This document shows positions 1 to 8,407 of a stretch of DNA of 24,982 nt, piece by piece. Both the position numbers and the translations under genes were made by a program. Location of the stretch: the IMG/VR virus record IMGVR_UViG_3300029508_000048, positions 1 to 24,982 of that record; one strand, 5' to 3'. Within the stretch, counting starts at the first letter, position 1. Every line of letters starts with the position of its first letter. This stretch comes from a virus. Taxonomy: Duplodnaviria > Heunggongvirae > Uroviricota > Caudoviricetes. A model generated the notes under the pieces. That model made no database searches. It had not been told where the DNA came from and saw only the letters and a list, made by a program, of their open reading frames with translations.

Positions 1-1125
1 AGGAAATCCAAGATAAACACGCTGAATTATCATTCCTCCAGGTAACATAACCCAGTTAGCACCTTCTCCCAAACCAAGGTATGCGAGAAGACCGGCGACA
101 TCCTTTCCACTCAAATTAGTCAGCGTATTGTCCAGCGGTTGTTTGCCTGCCAGTGCATTAAGCACTGTTGTTGAAAAGTTAGGGTCATTCCCCAGCGCCG
201 CCGCCAGTTCATTCAGTGTATCCAGTGCCGCAGGGGCAGAACCCACCATTGCCGCAATTGCTGATTTCACAAAAGCCGTGGTGGCAATCTGTGTATTGTT
301 GACCGACTGTGCCGCAGTAGGTGCTGTTGGCGTTCCGGTAAGTGCGGGACTCGACAGCGGAGCTTTCAGTGCCAGCGCATTGTTAATGGTGGTGCTGAAT
401 TTCGGGTCATTGTTAATGGCTGCGGCAATTTCTTTCAGTGTGTCCAGCGTGGCTGGCGCACCGTTAATCAGAGCGGTAATAGCGGCCTGAACAAACTCAG
501 TGGTCGCAATCCGCGTGGTGTTATTTCCCGCCGCTGGCGTTGGCGCTTTGGGGGTTCCGGTAAACGTCGGACTTTCTTTGGGTGCATACTGTGAATGCGG
601 GTCCGGTGCGGCAAGATGTTTTGCCATCAGGTCATCCACGTACACCTTCAGCTCCAGTGCCTTGTCATCCACATACTTGCGGGTTGCCAGCACTACGGCA
701 GGGTCGATTTTCAGGGTGATATTGTCCGTGCTGCTGGTAATCAACACCATACGCACGGTCTGGGTACGCCCGCTGCCTTCAGCCAGTTGCGGCTTATAGC
801 TTTCCGGGCAGTTGCCCACGGCAATCAATGCCCCGGACTCATCAAACACGCCCACTTCACGTATCCACCAACCGCCCTCGTTTTCAGGGATCACCTGTTC
901 AGCAATAATCTGGCTGCTGTTCTGCGGGTCGATGTACAGCATATTCAGCGCAGCCCGGCGTTTCTCATTTACTAATGCTGTCTGCTTTGCGTCCGGCGTT
1001 GGCAATGTTCCGCCGCCATCGCCTACCGCCATATGGGTAATTTTTAAAGGCACACCGAGCGCGGCGGCGCTGGCAAGTTTCGCCGCACCAATATCCGTCA
1101 GCAGGGTATAAAATTTTGTGCTCAT
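1..1125 (-). CDS. H: Tail fibre protein H (P2 gpH-like), N-terminal part; gene runs off the left edge of the window
   Basis: Minus-strand frame open from ATG at 1125-1123 (translates MSTKFYTLLTDIGAA...) to the window edge (first 60 nt checked, no stop). Lies directly downstream of gpI in the conserved V-W-J-I-H order. Plus-strand ORFs in the track here are antisense shadows. Confidence 0.8.
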   Translation of the reverse strand, partial: MSTKFYTLLTDIGAAKLASAAALGVPLKITHMAVGDGGGTLPTPDAKQTALVNEKRRAALNMLYIDPQNSSQIIAEQVIPENEGGWWIREVGVFDESGALIAVGNCPESYKPQLAEGSGRTQTVRMVLITSSTDNITLKIDPAVVLATRKYVDDKALELKVYVDDLMAKHLAAPDPHSQYAPKESPTFTGTPKAPTPAAGNNTTRIATTEFVQAAITALINGAPATLDTLKEIAAAINNDPKFSTTINNALALKAPLSSPALTGTPTAPTAAQSVNNTQIATTAFVKSAIAAMVGSAPAALDTLNELAAALGNDPNFSTTVLNALAGKQPLDNTLTNLSGKDVAGLLAYLGLGEGANWVMLPGGMIIQRVYLGFP

Positions 1126-1727
1126 GGATTCACTCTCATTGTGTCAATAACATGGACCGCCCCGCCTTCATGCGCGGTGCCACCGGAAATAATTGTTTCG
1201 TTGATATACGGATAGATCGTGATTTCTTCGCCAATATAGCTGGCGGCTCCCACCCAATGCGGGCCGCTGGTCTGCAGATTGATGGACATGCCGATCATGT
1301 GACGGCTACATGGTTTGGCATCGCTTATCAGTCGCTCAAGTTCCAGATAGGTATCTTCAGTGATGCCCTGGTCCTGCACGCCGATATCCAGGCGAAACGT
1401 GCCCGGTGCCTCTCCGGTCTGCCACCACTCAATAATGCGGATCAGAAAGCCGAACGGCTCCACCACCCGCCGCACGGCACTGGTGGTCCCTTTATGCTGA
1501 TGAATATAAAAAGCATCCTTCACCACCTGGCGCTTGACGCTTTCTGTCCAGCCCTCGTCCCAGCGATCCACAGAGAACGCCCAGGCGAGATAAGGCAGGA
1601 AACTGACCGGACAGGTTGCCGGATTCCACAAGTCACGCAGCGGCACCTGCAGATCAGAAATCCCGCTGCAGGTTTGCGCCAGTCGTCGCTCCAGTGAAGT
1701 TGAACCCGGTGGCAGCAGACTATTCAT
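1122..1727 (-). CDS. I: Baseplate assembly protein I (P2 gpI-like)
   Basis: 201-aa minus ORF with ...LWNPATCPVSFLPYLAWAFSVDRWDEGW..., which I recall as characteristic of P2 gpI. Short overlaps with J upstream and H downstream. Confidence 0.85.
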   Translation of the reverse strand: MNSLLPPGSTSLERRLAQTCSGISDLQVPLRDLWNPATCPVSFLPYLAWAFSVDRWDEGWTESVKRQVVKDAFYIHQHKGTTSAVRRVVEPFGFLIRIIEWWQTGEAPGTFRLDIGVQDQGITEDTYLELERLISDAKPCSRHMIGMSINLQTSGPHWVGAASYIGEEITIYPYINETIISGGTAHEGGAVHVIDTMRVNP

Positions 1728-2628
1728 CCGTTCCTCCGTTGGTCACGCTCCACTGCGTACATGATGCCGCCTGTGTTTTGTTCAGGACCACATCCGCCAG
1801 AGGAGAAGCCAGCTCCACACGCTGCACACCCTCAACATGCAGGGCGGCAAAGATGGCGCTACGGCGAATATCCCGACCAAGACGCGTCTGACTGGCAATG
1901 TACCTCTGCAGGCTGGCTTTTGCCGCTGCCATTACCGGCTCTGCTTCCGGTCCCGGATAGAGAAAAATGGTGGCTTCCACGCGGTACGGGATGATTTCCG
2001 CGCTGCGAACCGTCAGACGGTCAGCCACCGGGCGGACATTCTCACTGTTCAGTGCTTTCTCCACCACATCCAGCAGGTCTTTTTCTGCTGTTCCGTCTCC
2101 TTCGCGGCTAAGGACTGTCAGCACCACCTCTGCAGGTGCCGGACTGGTTGCACTGGCATCCGCCACCCGACCGTCGGCGCTTCGGGCATGAAATTCATAA
2201 GCGGCAGTTGGTCCCGCAACTGAAAGCCCCTCAAAGGCTGCAGGCACACGCAGGCGTAACGCTTCATCGCTTTCCATCACAGCTGCAACGGGCGGCACAG
2301 CATCATTATCAGCAGGCGTCACCGTCAGGCGTGTCACGTTGTAGTTAGCAGCGAGCTGGTCAAGATCGCCGCCCATCGCGTAAGCCACCATCACCGCCTG
2401 CGCGGCTTCGTTAATGCGCTGGCGCAGAAGCAACTCACGGTAAGCGTTCTCCTGCAACAATTTAGTGACGGGTTCAGATTCCAGTTCCAGCGTGCGGATC
2501 ACGGCTTCCTGCTCATCTTTCGGATGAAGCGCCACAAATTCTGCTTTGCGTTCGGCAAGCAGCGTCTCAAAGTCCGGCACATCCACAATCTGCGGTGCAG
2601 GCAACTGCGAAAGGTCAATCACTGCCAT
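1720..2628 (-). CDS. J: Baseplate protein J (P2 gpJ-like)
   Basis: Track ORF 1720..2667. Preferred start is ATG at 2628 (MAVIDLSQLPAPQIV...), preceded by AGGAG about 7 nt upstream. Size and order match gpJ. Confidence 0.85.
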   Translation of the reverse strand: MAVIDLSQLPAPQIVDVPDFETLLAERKAEFVALHPKDEQEAVIRTLELESEPVTKLLQENAYRELLLRQRINEAAQAVMVAYAMGGDLDQLAANYNVTRLTVTPADNDAVPPVAAVMESDEALRLRVPAAFEGLSVAGPTAAYEFHARSADGRVADASATSPAPAEVVLTVLSREGDGTAEKDLLDVVEKALNSENVRPVADRLTVRSAEIIPYRVEATIFLYPGPEAEPVMAAAKASLQRYIASQTRLGRDIRRSAIFAALHVEGVQRVELASPLADVVLNKTQAASCTQWSVTNGGTDE

Positions 2629-2974
2629 TCTCTGCTCCTGTTGATACGGAAAGGGACACAGGCACACCGTTATTCCGCCGCCCGGTCAGCTCCACCACCA
2701 TAGAACCGTCAAAGTTGCTGTTGATAGTGATGGAATCCAGCGTCAGCCGTGGCTCCCAGCGACTCAGCGCCACATACACTGCCGACATGACCTGCAGGCG
2801 TAATGCCGGATTTTGTGGCTGATCTATTAAAACCGACAGGAGGGAACCATATTCCCGGCGGGCAATGCGGCTACCCTGCGGTGTCAGCAGAATGTCCCGC
2901 ACCGACTGGCGCAGATGATCAATATCAGTAATGACTTTGCCGCTGGTATTGTTCATCCCGCTATAAAGCGTCAT
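2615..2974 (-). CDS. W: Baseplate protein W (gp25/GPW family)
   Basis: 119-aa minus ORF between V and J, small GPW-like baseplate wedge protein by size, position and sequence character. Overlaps the J start. Confidence 0.8.
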   Translation of the reverse strand: MTLYSGMNNTSGKVITDIDHLRQSVRDILLTPQGSRIARREYGSLLSVLIDQPQNPALRLQVMSAVYVALSRWEPRLTLDSITINSNFDGSMVVELTGRRNNGVPVSLSVSTGAENGSD

Positions 2975-3549
2975 ACCGGGCCTCCGGTTGTATCGCCGCC
3001 TTTCAGGACGCCAGTATGCTGATGCGCATCAACCACAATCCCGTTAGAACTCATCGCACCGCCGCCCTGGGTAACGCCACCATTGATCACCACTTCGCTG
3101 TTAATACGCGTGCGGTCAGCCTCCAGTACAAACTCACTGGTTTTCATGGTGATGTTGTCAGCGGCCTCAATGACCATTGATTTGATGCCCCTGACATACC
3201 AGCGCCCGGTGGCGGGTTCGTATTCAAACCAGCCACCGTCAGGATGTTCTATCACGCAGGCGTCCGCCGACGTCGACGGTGGCGCGAACTGATTCGAATA
3301 GATGGCGGGTAACGCAAAGGCGGTTTCCAGATTGCCGCCCAGACTCAGCAGCACCACCTGCTCACCTTCCGATGGTCGCCACCATGTGCGGGCATTACCC
3401 GCGCGCAGCGTCAGCCAGTTAATCCAGTTGGTTTCAAGGTCGCCCGTTTTCACCCGACAAAGCCAGTTTTCCCGGTCCACTTCGGTGACTACACCTATGC
3501 GGATCAGATTGGTGATAAGGCGCATGATTTCTGTGAGTTGTGAGTTCAT
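2971..3549 (-). CDS. V: Baseplate spike / tail protein V (P2 gpV-like)
   Basis: 192-aa minus ORF; N-terminus MNSQLTEIMRLITNLIRIGVV resembles the remembered P2 gpV N-terminus. First gene of the V-W-J-I-H operon. Confidence 0.85.
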   Translation of the reverse strand: MNSQLTEIMRLITNLIRIGVVTEVDRENWLCRVKTGDLETNWINWLTLRAGNARTWWRPSEGEQVVLLSLGGNLETAFALPAIYSNQFAPPSTSADACVIEHPDGGWFEYEPATGRWYVRGIKSMVIEAADNITMKTSEFVLEADRTRINSEVVINGGVTQGGGAMSSNGIVVDAHQHTGVLKGGDTTGGPV

Positions 3550-3558
3550 GCCTATAGA

Positions 3559-3587
3559 TTGACATGGGGTGATTATGAAGTATAAAT
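3559..3587 (+). promoter_or_regulatory. Sigma70-like promoter for the AT-rich insert gene
   Basis: Perfect TTGACA at 3559-3564, 16-17 bp spacer, TATAAA/ATAAAT at 3581-3587; about 45 bp upstream of the 3631 ATG. Confidence 0.45.
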
Positions 3588-3630
3588 ATTGCGGTTTGTA
3601 TCACTCACTATACAATGCTGATAAAAAACA

Positions 3631-4500
3631 ATGAATAAATTCCAAATTAGTCCAAATTTAAAACCTGAAACAAAACTGTGGCGCTATATGTCTCTTGATA
3701 AATTCATCGATATATTATCCAGAGAAGAGCTATATTTTTCTCCTCTTAGTTCTTACAGCAATAGCGATCCATATGAGGGGTTATTACCTAAGGTTGCCTT
3801 AAATGCGTGGGCAAGCATCGTCAAAAGTAAGTTTAATGATATACAATCATATTTCAATGATACCGTAGAGCGTATCAGGGAAAACGAACTATTAGGCAGA
3901 ATCTCTAATGAAAAAGCCGAAACAGAAATCACCAAGTTGCAAACAATGATGGATACACAATTACCAAAAATAGAATCTATCTATTTTAAGATTTTAAACT
4001 CCGTCACAGTGAATTGTTGGCATCAAAATGAACATGAGTCAGAAGGAATGTGGCGTTTGTATTCAGATGCTAACAAAGGAATAGCAATTCAAACATCAAT
4101 ATCACGCTTGATAGATTCACTTCAATCTGAAGAGATTATCTCTATTAGTGAAGTAAAATACATTGATTATTTCGATGAAAAACTAACATCTGAAGATTGC
4201 GTCGTGAACGGAAGAATGGTTCCTTTTTTAAAACGAAAAGCTTTTTCACATGAAAATGAAGTACGTTTATCCATAACACCAAAAATTATTAATAGCGACA
4301 TCGAAAACTATACTCCCAAGGGGATAAGAATAAAAACAGATCCTGTAAAGCTAATCGAAAAAATATACATTTCTCCATATGCTTCACAACCTTACCCCAG
4401 TGCTGTAGCAGCAATATTAGAAAAATTCAATATTGATAATAACAAACTTGTTATCTCCAACTTGCTTACGATTGATCATAATTTATTGAGATTGTTTTGA
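3631..4500 (+). CDS. Hypothetical protein, AT-rich moron in reverse orientation inside the late tail cluster (position of P2 orf30); possible abortive-infection or defence protein
   Basis: 289-aa ORF with AT-rich codon usage unlike the flanking late genes, opposite strand, own promoter. N-terminal motif LWRYMSLDKFIDILSREELYFSP...SDPYEG. No family assigned. Confidence 0.7.
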   Translation: MNKFQISPNLKPETKLWRYMSLDKFIDILSREELYFSPLSSYSNSDPYEGLLPKVALNAWASIVKSKFNDIQSYFNDTVERIRENELLGRISNEKAETEITKLQTMMDTQLPKIESIYFKILNSVTVNCWHQNEHESEGMWRLYSDANKGIAIQTSISRLIDSLQSEEIISISEVKYIDYFDEKLTSEDCVVNGRMVPFLKRKAFSHENEVRLSITPKIINSDIENYTPKGIRIKTDPVKLIEKIYISPYASQPYPSAVAAILEKFNIDNNKLVISNLLTIDHNLLRLF

Positions 4501-4505
4501 TTAGC

Positions 4506-4955
4506 TTAGCTATCAACCAAAGCACGTAATAATACGTCTTGCGATAATGACAAAATTTTATCGTTATAACCTAACAACTGCCGCTCTGCATAACGCACCT
4601 CCGGTCCCTTACGACTGACGCGATCTCGCAGGCCGTAATGGTGAACGCGGGCAATGCGCTGCAGCTTGCCTTCAAACTGTACACTGGCAGAGTCGGCGCT
4701 GGCGGCAGTTTTCAGGTATTTTGTCGTGCGCAGCTTTGCAAACATCTGACGTTTGATGCGCCCCTTCTTGCTGCGTGCTGTTACCCTGCGCGGTTCATAA
4801 CTGCTGCCATCTGGATTGCGCTGCATCCTGATATTCTGCTGCTGTGTCCGGCGCAGTTCCTGCGCCAGCTGGCGCATCATGCGGCTTCTCGTGGCTGGTT
4901 CCAGATTCGCCAGCAAGGCACTCAGCCAGTCGTCCACCTTCTGCAGTTCAGCCAC
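4506..4955 (-). CDS. S: Tail completion protein S (P2 gpS-like)
   Basis: 149-aa minus ORF, GTG start at 4955 with GGTG upstream; basic C-terminal half; downstream of R. Confidence 0.8.
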   Translation of the reverse strand: MAELQKVDDWLSALLANLEPATRSRMMRQLAQELRRTQQQNIRMQRNPDGSSYEPRRVTARSKKGRIKRQMFAKLRTTKYLKTAASADSASVQFEGKLQRIARVHHYGLRDRVSRKGPEVRYAERQLLGYNDKILSLSQDVLLRALVDS

Positions 4956-5379
4956 GTTTCACCGTCCACATTTCTTCAGGTTCATCGGGTTCTGCTACAG
5001 CTTCAACGCTCGACACACTGCCGTCAGTGCTGACCAGCACACGTTCCGTCAGTTGCAGATTAAGGCTGATATCACAGACATCGTTGCGCAAAATATCCAC
5101 ATCAAAGGTGAATAGCTTTTCCCGTAACGCCGGGTTATTGATGGCATCGGGCTGGTTATCCCGAAGCCACAGTAAAACCGGGGCCATCAGCAGATTCTGG
5201 TCGCCGCTGAAATCCTCTATCACCACGTTCAGGGTATAGCGGTACTCCCATGACATGGAGCTGGCCCCCGTGGCAACCAGCGAACCGTTATCCACAAACA
5301 GATGCAGTTTGTCCGGGTTATTGCGGACATAAGGCACCGCTTTATTGAGGGCGTGGCGCAGGGATTGTGGTTTGTTCAC
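4948..5379 (-). CDS. R: Tail completion protein R (P2 gpR-like)
   Basis: Track ORF starts at a TTG (5400). Preferred start is GTG at 5379 preceded by AGGAG (7 nt spacing), giving (M)NKPQSLRHALNKAV..., similar to the remembered gpR N-terminus. Confidence 0.75.
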   Translation of the reverse strand: MNKPQSLRHALNKAVPYVRNNPDKLHLFVDNGSLVATGASSMSWEYRYTLNVVIEDFSGDQNLLMAPVLLWLRDNQPDAINNPALREKLFTFDVDILRNDVCDISLNLQLTERVLVSTDGSVSSVEAVAEPDEPEEMWTVKRG

Positions 5380-5632
5380 TGTTTCGCTCCTGACACGCAA
5401 TAATCATGTCCACTTTGTCTGCACAGACCGCCCAGGCGGCCTCCGTTTCATCCAGCAACGCATTCAGATCACCGTTAGTGCGCGGTGCTGCCTGCTCCAG
5501 CCGACACGGCGTCACTCGCGGACAACCACTGACGGTAAGCTGCACCTCCGGTGAGTGCCGGACGTTCCCGCAGCCGGATAATGTCAGCAGGCAAAGGAGT
5601 ATCAGCCCAGTGGCGTAAATCCTCGTTCTCAC
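5342..5632 (-). CDS. lysC: LysC-like o-spanin (Rz1-type lipoprotein) overlapping the end of lysB and the start of R
   Basis: 96-aa ORF in an alternate frame, GTG start, N-terminal signal peptide with lipobox LTLSGC, Pro-rich C-terminus. Same embedded arrangement as P2 lysC. Confidence 0.55.
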   Translation of the reverse strand: MRTRIYATGLILLCLLTLSGCGNVRHSPEVQLTVSGCPRVTPCRLEQAAPRTNGDLNALLDETEAAWAVCADKVDMIIACQERNSEQTTIPAPRPQ

Positions 5633-5903
5633 GTTTCAGTTCCTCGATCCGGCGTTGTCGTTGTCTCAGCTGTGCGCTGGTCTGTTCTGCTTCGGCATAG
5701 AGCCGCGCCTGCTCCCGGTTATTGGTTTCAGTCAGAATGGACAGGCTGATAAGCTGGCTGTTGCTCTTTGCCAGTGCCTGGCTTTTGCTCTGCAGCTCGT
5801 TTGCCTGCGTGCTGATGGTCTGGCTGGCATCAGCCAGCCGCCACGTCTGCCAGCCCAGCGCCGCCAGTAATAACGCCAGCACAACCAGCAGCAACCGGTT
5901 CAT
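5475..5903 (-). CDS. lysB: LysB-like i-spanin (Rz-type)
   Basis: 142-aa ORF with N-terminal TM segment LLLVVLALLLAALGW followed by a coiled-coil, charged periplasmic region; located after lysA. Confidence 0.75.
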   Translation of the reverse strand: MNRLLLVVLALLLAALGWQTWRLADASQTISTQANELQSKSQALAKSNSQLISLSILTETNNREQARLYAEAEQTSAQLRQRQRRIEELKRENEDLRHWADTPLPADIIRLRERPALTGGAAYRQWLSASDAVSAGAGSTAH

Positions 5904-6277
5904 GCTGCTACCTGTTGCGCCATCTGATTACGGGTGATCCAGAAGGCAATAACGGTCAGTAGATAAAAGACCAGGGTAATAGCCCACCCCGTCCATGCGA
6001 GACTTACAACAATCAGCAATCGCATCACCCAACTGATAAATACGTTTTCTTTTCGGGTAATTGTCTTCAGCAAAGATGCCCTTAACTCCTGCCAGAGCGG
6101 GCCATTCTGAATTAACGCAGCCAGTGCTACTGGAATTACCGCCCATGTCAGCAAACAGGCTACCCAAACGCCGGACGCTGCCAGTACCGGAAAGATCCCC
6201 TGCGGATACACCATTGCTGCGATTAACAGCGCCATCCATAACATCAGAAACAGTCCGCTGATTAATTTCTTTTTCAT
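5900..6277 (-). CDS. lysA: LysA-like lysis-timing membrane protein
   Basis: Start taken at ATG 6277 (MKKKLISGLFLMLWMALLIAAMV...); multiple hydrophobic helices; immediately downstream of endolysin K. Confidence 0.7.
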   Translation of the reverse strand: MKKKLISGLFLMLWMALLIAAMVYPQGIFPVLAASGVWVACLLTWAVIPVALAALIQNGPLWQELRASLLKTITRKENVFISWVMRLLIVVSLAWTGWAITLVFYLLTVIAFWITRNQMAQQVAA

Positions 6278-6278
6278 T

Positions 6279-6791
6279 TCAGTTTGCTCCCTGTAAACAC
6301 CAGGCCATCTCCCGCGCACGGCGGTTATCCAGCCCCTGATTAAACACACCTTTTACATAAACCCAGCGCGGCAACTGTCGGCACGCATCCGCCCAGCGCC
6401 GCTGATTGAGCAATTTCACCAGCGTGGAGCTGCAGGCATTGCCTGTCCCCACGTTGAAGGCAAACGACACCACCGAGTCATACACCTTTTGTGGCGGCTG
6501 TTGCTTCACACACCTTTCCAGCGCCCGCTCCACACGCAGCACGTTGGAGATAAGCCCTTCTGCTGCCTGTCGTTCCGTAACAGTTTTGCCGGGAATGACG
6601 CCCGACGTATTACCAATGCCGTCGGTCCAGACACCCGCGCTGCACTGATACGGCTGCAGACGACAGCCTTCGTAATCGGCAATCAGTTTCAGCCCCTCCA
6701 CGGAGGTGTGAAGCTGCTGAAACCCCGGCAGCGTGGCAGCAATAGCCAGCACGGCCCCGACAAGGCAGCGTTTAACGATTGATGGATTCAT
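6279..6791 (-). CDS. K: Endolysin K (T4-lysozyme-like, GH24)
   Basis: 170-aa ORF; E...D...T catalytic spacing in ...VEGLKLIADYEGCRLQPYQCSAGVWTDGIGNT...; mildly hydrophobic Ala/Gly-rich N-terminal segment; follows holin Y. Confidence 0.85.
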   Translation of the reverse strand: MNPSIVKRCLVGAVLAIAATLPGFQQLHTSVEGLKLIADYEGCRLQPYQCSAGVWTDGIGNTSGVIPGKTVTERQAAEGLISNVLRVERALERCVKQQPPQKVYDSVVSFAFNVGTGNACSSTLVKLLNQRRWADACRQLPRWVYVKGVFNQGLDNRRAREMAWCLQGAN

Positions 6792-6987
6792 AGTCCTCCC
6801 GCGAGATCTGCCCGTCGCGCAGAAGCTGGTAGGCTTTGTGTTTGTAGTACCAGTTGATAGCCAGCATCAGCACACCGATCATCAGGCCGCCCAGCGTTGA
6901 GGCATCCTTGATGGACAAATCGCCCAGCCAGGCCAGCACGACGGCGATGCAATACGTGATAAAGGCGCTGATTCGCTCAAGCGTCAT
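6772..6987 (-). CDS. Y: Holin Y
   Basis: 71-aa ORF with two hydrophobic helices and a charged C-terminal tail, immediately upstream of the endolysin. Confidence 0.75.
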   Translation of the reverse strand: MTLERISAFITYCIAVVLAWLGDLSIKDASTLGGLMIGVLMLAINWYYKHKAYQLLRDGQISREDYESINR

Positions 6988-6990
6988 AAT

Positions 6991-7194
6991 TCAGTCCCAT
7001 AGCTGGACGGTCTGCACGGTGGTAGTTGTCGGAATGTCCGGCAGCTCCACCTGCAGCCCGTGAGGTAAAAAGGGGCCATATTCGGCAAGCCCCGGATTTG
7101 CCTTCAGTACCTGCTCCGTGACACCCTGCGTGCGCCCGTAATGACGCCAGCAAAGCGCGTCCACCGTGTCATACTGATGCGCACGCACTTTCAT
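6991..7194 (-). CDS. X: Tail protein X (P2 gpX-like)
   Basis: 67-aa ORF in the conserved position between L and Y; size matches gpX. Confidence 0.7.
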   Translation of the reverse strand: MKVRAHQYDTVDALCWRHYGRTQGVTEQVLKANPGLAEYGPFLPHGLQVELPDIPTTTTVQTVQLWD

Positions 7195-7658
7195 CAGATA
7201 AGCTCCACTGTGCAGTGCGGCGCGTCCTGTACCCGGCTGATGGCCCAGCGGGCGTCACGCCATAATTCACCGCTGGCTTCCGCCAGTTCCTCGCCCCGCT
7301 TCACACCGGATGCCGTGGCGTCATAGTCCTGGTAACGTTCGTTGAGCATGGCGCGTGCCCAGCAGTAAACCGCGTTGAAATAGTGCTGAATGCGCTCACT
7401 TTTGCCGTCCAGCTGTTCCGCCGGAACCTCTGCCAGCGAGGTATACCCCAGCATCTGCTGGCGTCTGCGAAACTCATACAGCTCTGCGTTGACCTCCGAA
7501 ATTGCCGACAGCGCAACCTGCTTTAAACGCGGCTGCGTCACCGTGCCGTCAGTGCGCATGACACTGCGAAACTCCGACAGGTCCACATCAGGCCAGAACG
7601 GCGTATTTCTGATGATTTCCGCCTGTTCCGGTGCCTGTTCTGGCGCAACAAACTTCAT
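7194..7658 (-). CDS. L: Head completion/stabilisation protein L
   Basis: Track ORF 7194..7721. Preferred start is ATG 7658 (MKFVAPEQ...) with AGGAG upstream; downstream of M. Confidence 0.8.
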   Translation of the reverse strand: MKFVAPEQAPEQAEIIRNTPFWPDVDLSEFRSVMRTDGTVTQPRLKQVALSAISEVNAELYEFRRRQQMLGYTSLAEVPAEQLDGKSERIQHYFNAVYCWARAMLNERYQDYDATASGVKRGEELAEASGELWRDARWAISRVQDAPHCTVELI

Positions 7659-7753
7659 GCTGCTTTCTCCTGAAATAGAGGGCGGTGGACGGGGTTTTGA
7701 TGTGGCAGTGCCTTTCGCCACCCCGTGCCGCCCGTGCGCGGGGGCACGTTCTG

Positions 7754-8404
7754 TCAGCGGCTGTCATTGCGCAGTCTGCGCTCCAGCTGCTGTTTGTCTT
7801 TTTTCACGCCACAGCGGGGATCGAGCTGTAACGCATGGTTGAGATGATTAAGGGCAGACGCCGGATTGCTTTCACTCAGGACCGCGCCAATCGCTTTATG
7901 CAGACGAGCCCGTGACTGGTCCGGCATATCCAGACCGTCTGTCAGCTCCAGCGTCTGCAGCAACAGATCGGCATCAAAGCCGGTGGCGGCAAGCATTGCG
8001 CTCTGCGCGGCGTCTGCCATTTCCTCTGCCAGCACGGTCTGCACGTTGCGGTTACCCAGCGGCATCACCCAGCCATGACGCAGGGCATGACGCCCGATCT
8101 CCAGCGCCCCGGCATAATCTCCGGCATCAATGCGCCACAGCATCACGTACATCAGCACGTCATCCTGTTGAGCGCCTCCGGCAGCCAGGACGCCCTCCGC
8201 CCAGGCGGCATATTTCGGCAGCAGCTCCACCTTTATTTCCGCTTTTTTCACCGTGGACTGAACGCCCTTGAGACGGCGGCGGTCTTCCGCCAGTTGCAGC
8301 AGCATCAGGTCATAGCCCGACGCGTGGCGAACACTGCCGCCCTCACGGGCGGCCTGTTCAGCCTGAACGCGCAGGCGATGCTGCCGTGCGGGACTCAGGC
8401 TCAT
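7754..8404 (-). CDS. M: Terminase endonuclease (small) subunit M
   Basis: 216-aa ORF directly after capsid gene N in the O-N-M-L order. Confidence 0.8.
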   Translation of the reverse strand: MSLSPARQHRLRVQAEQAAREGGSVRHASGYDLMLLQLAEDRRRLKGVQSTVKKAEIKVELLPKYAAWAEGVLAAGGAQQDDVLMYVMLWRIDAGDYAGALEIGRHALRHGWVMPLGNRNVQTVLAEEMADAAQSAMLAATGFDADLLLQTLELTDGLDMPDQSRARLHKAIGAVLSESNPASALNHLNHALQLDPRCGVKKDKQQLERRLRNDSR

Positions 8405-8407
8405 GGT

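Noticed and set aside
128-1111. Several plus-strand ORFs (128..490, 500..799, 595..975, 812..1111) rich in Ala/Ser/Val
   Set aside because: They are antisense shadows of the minus-strand tail fibre gene H, which has the credible start and conserved gene order; their low-complexity, stop-poor frames are typical of the reverse strand of GC-rich coding DNA.
1116-3562. Plus-strand ORFs across the I-J-W-V region (for example 1116..1697, 1837..2223, 3302..3562)
   Set aside because: Each is fully contained within or overlaps a well-supported minus-strand baseplate gene; no RBS and implausible Arg/Cys/His-rich composition.
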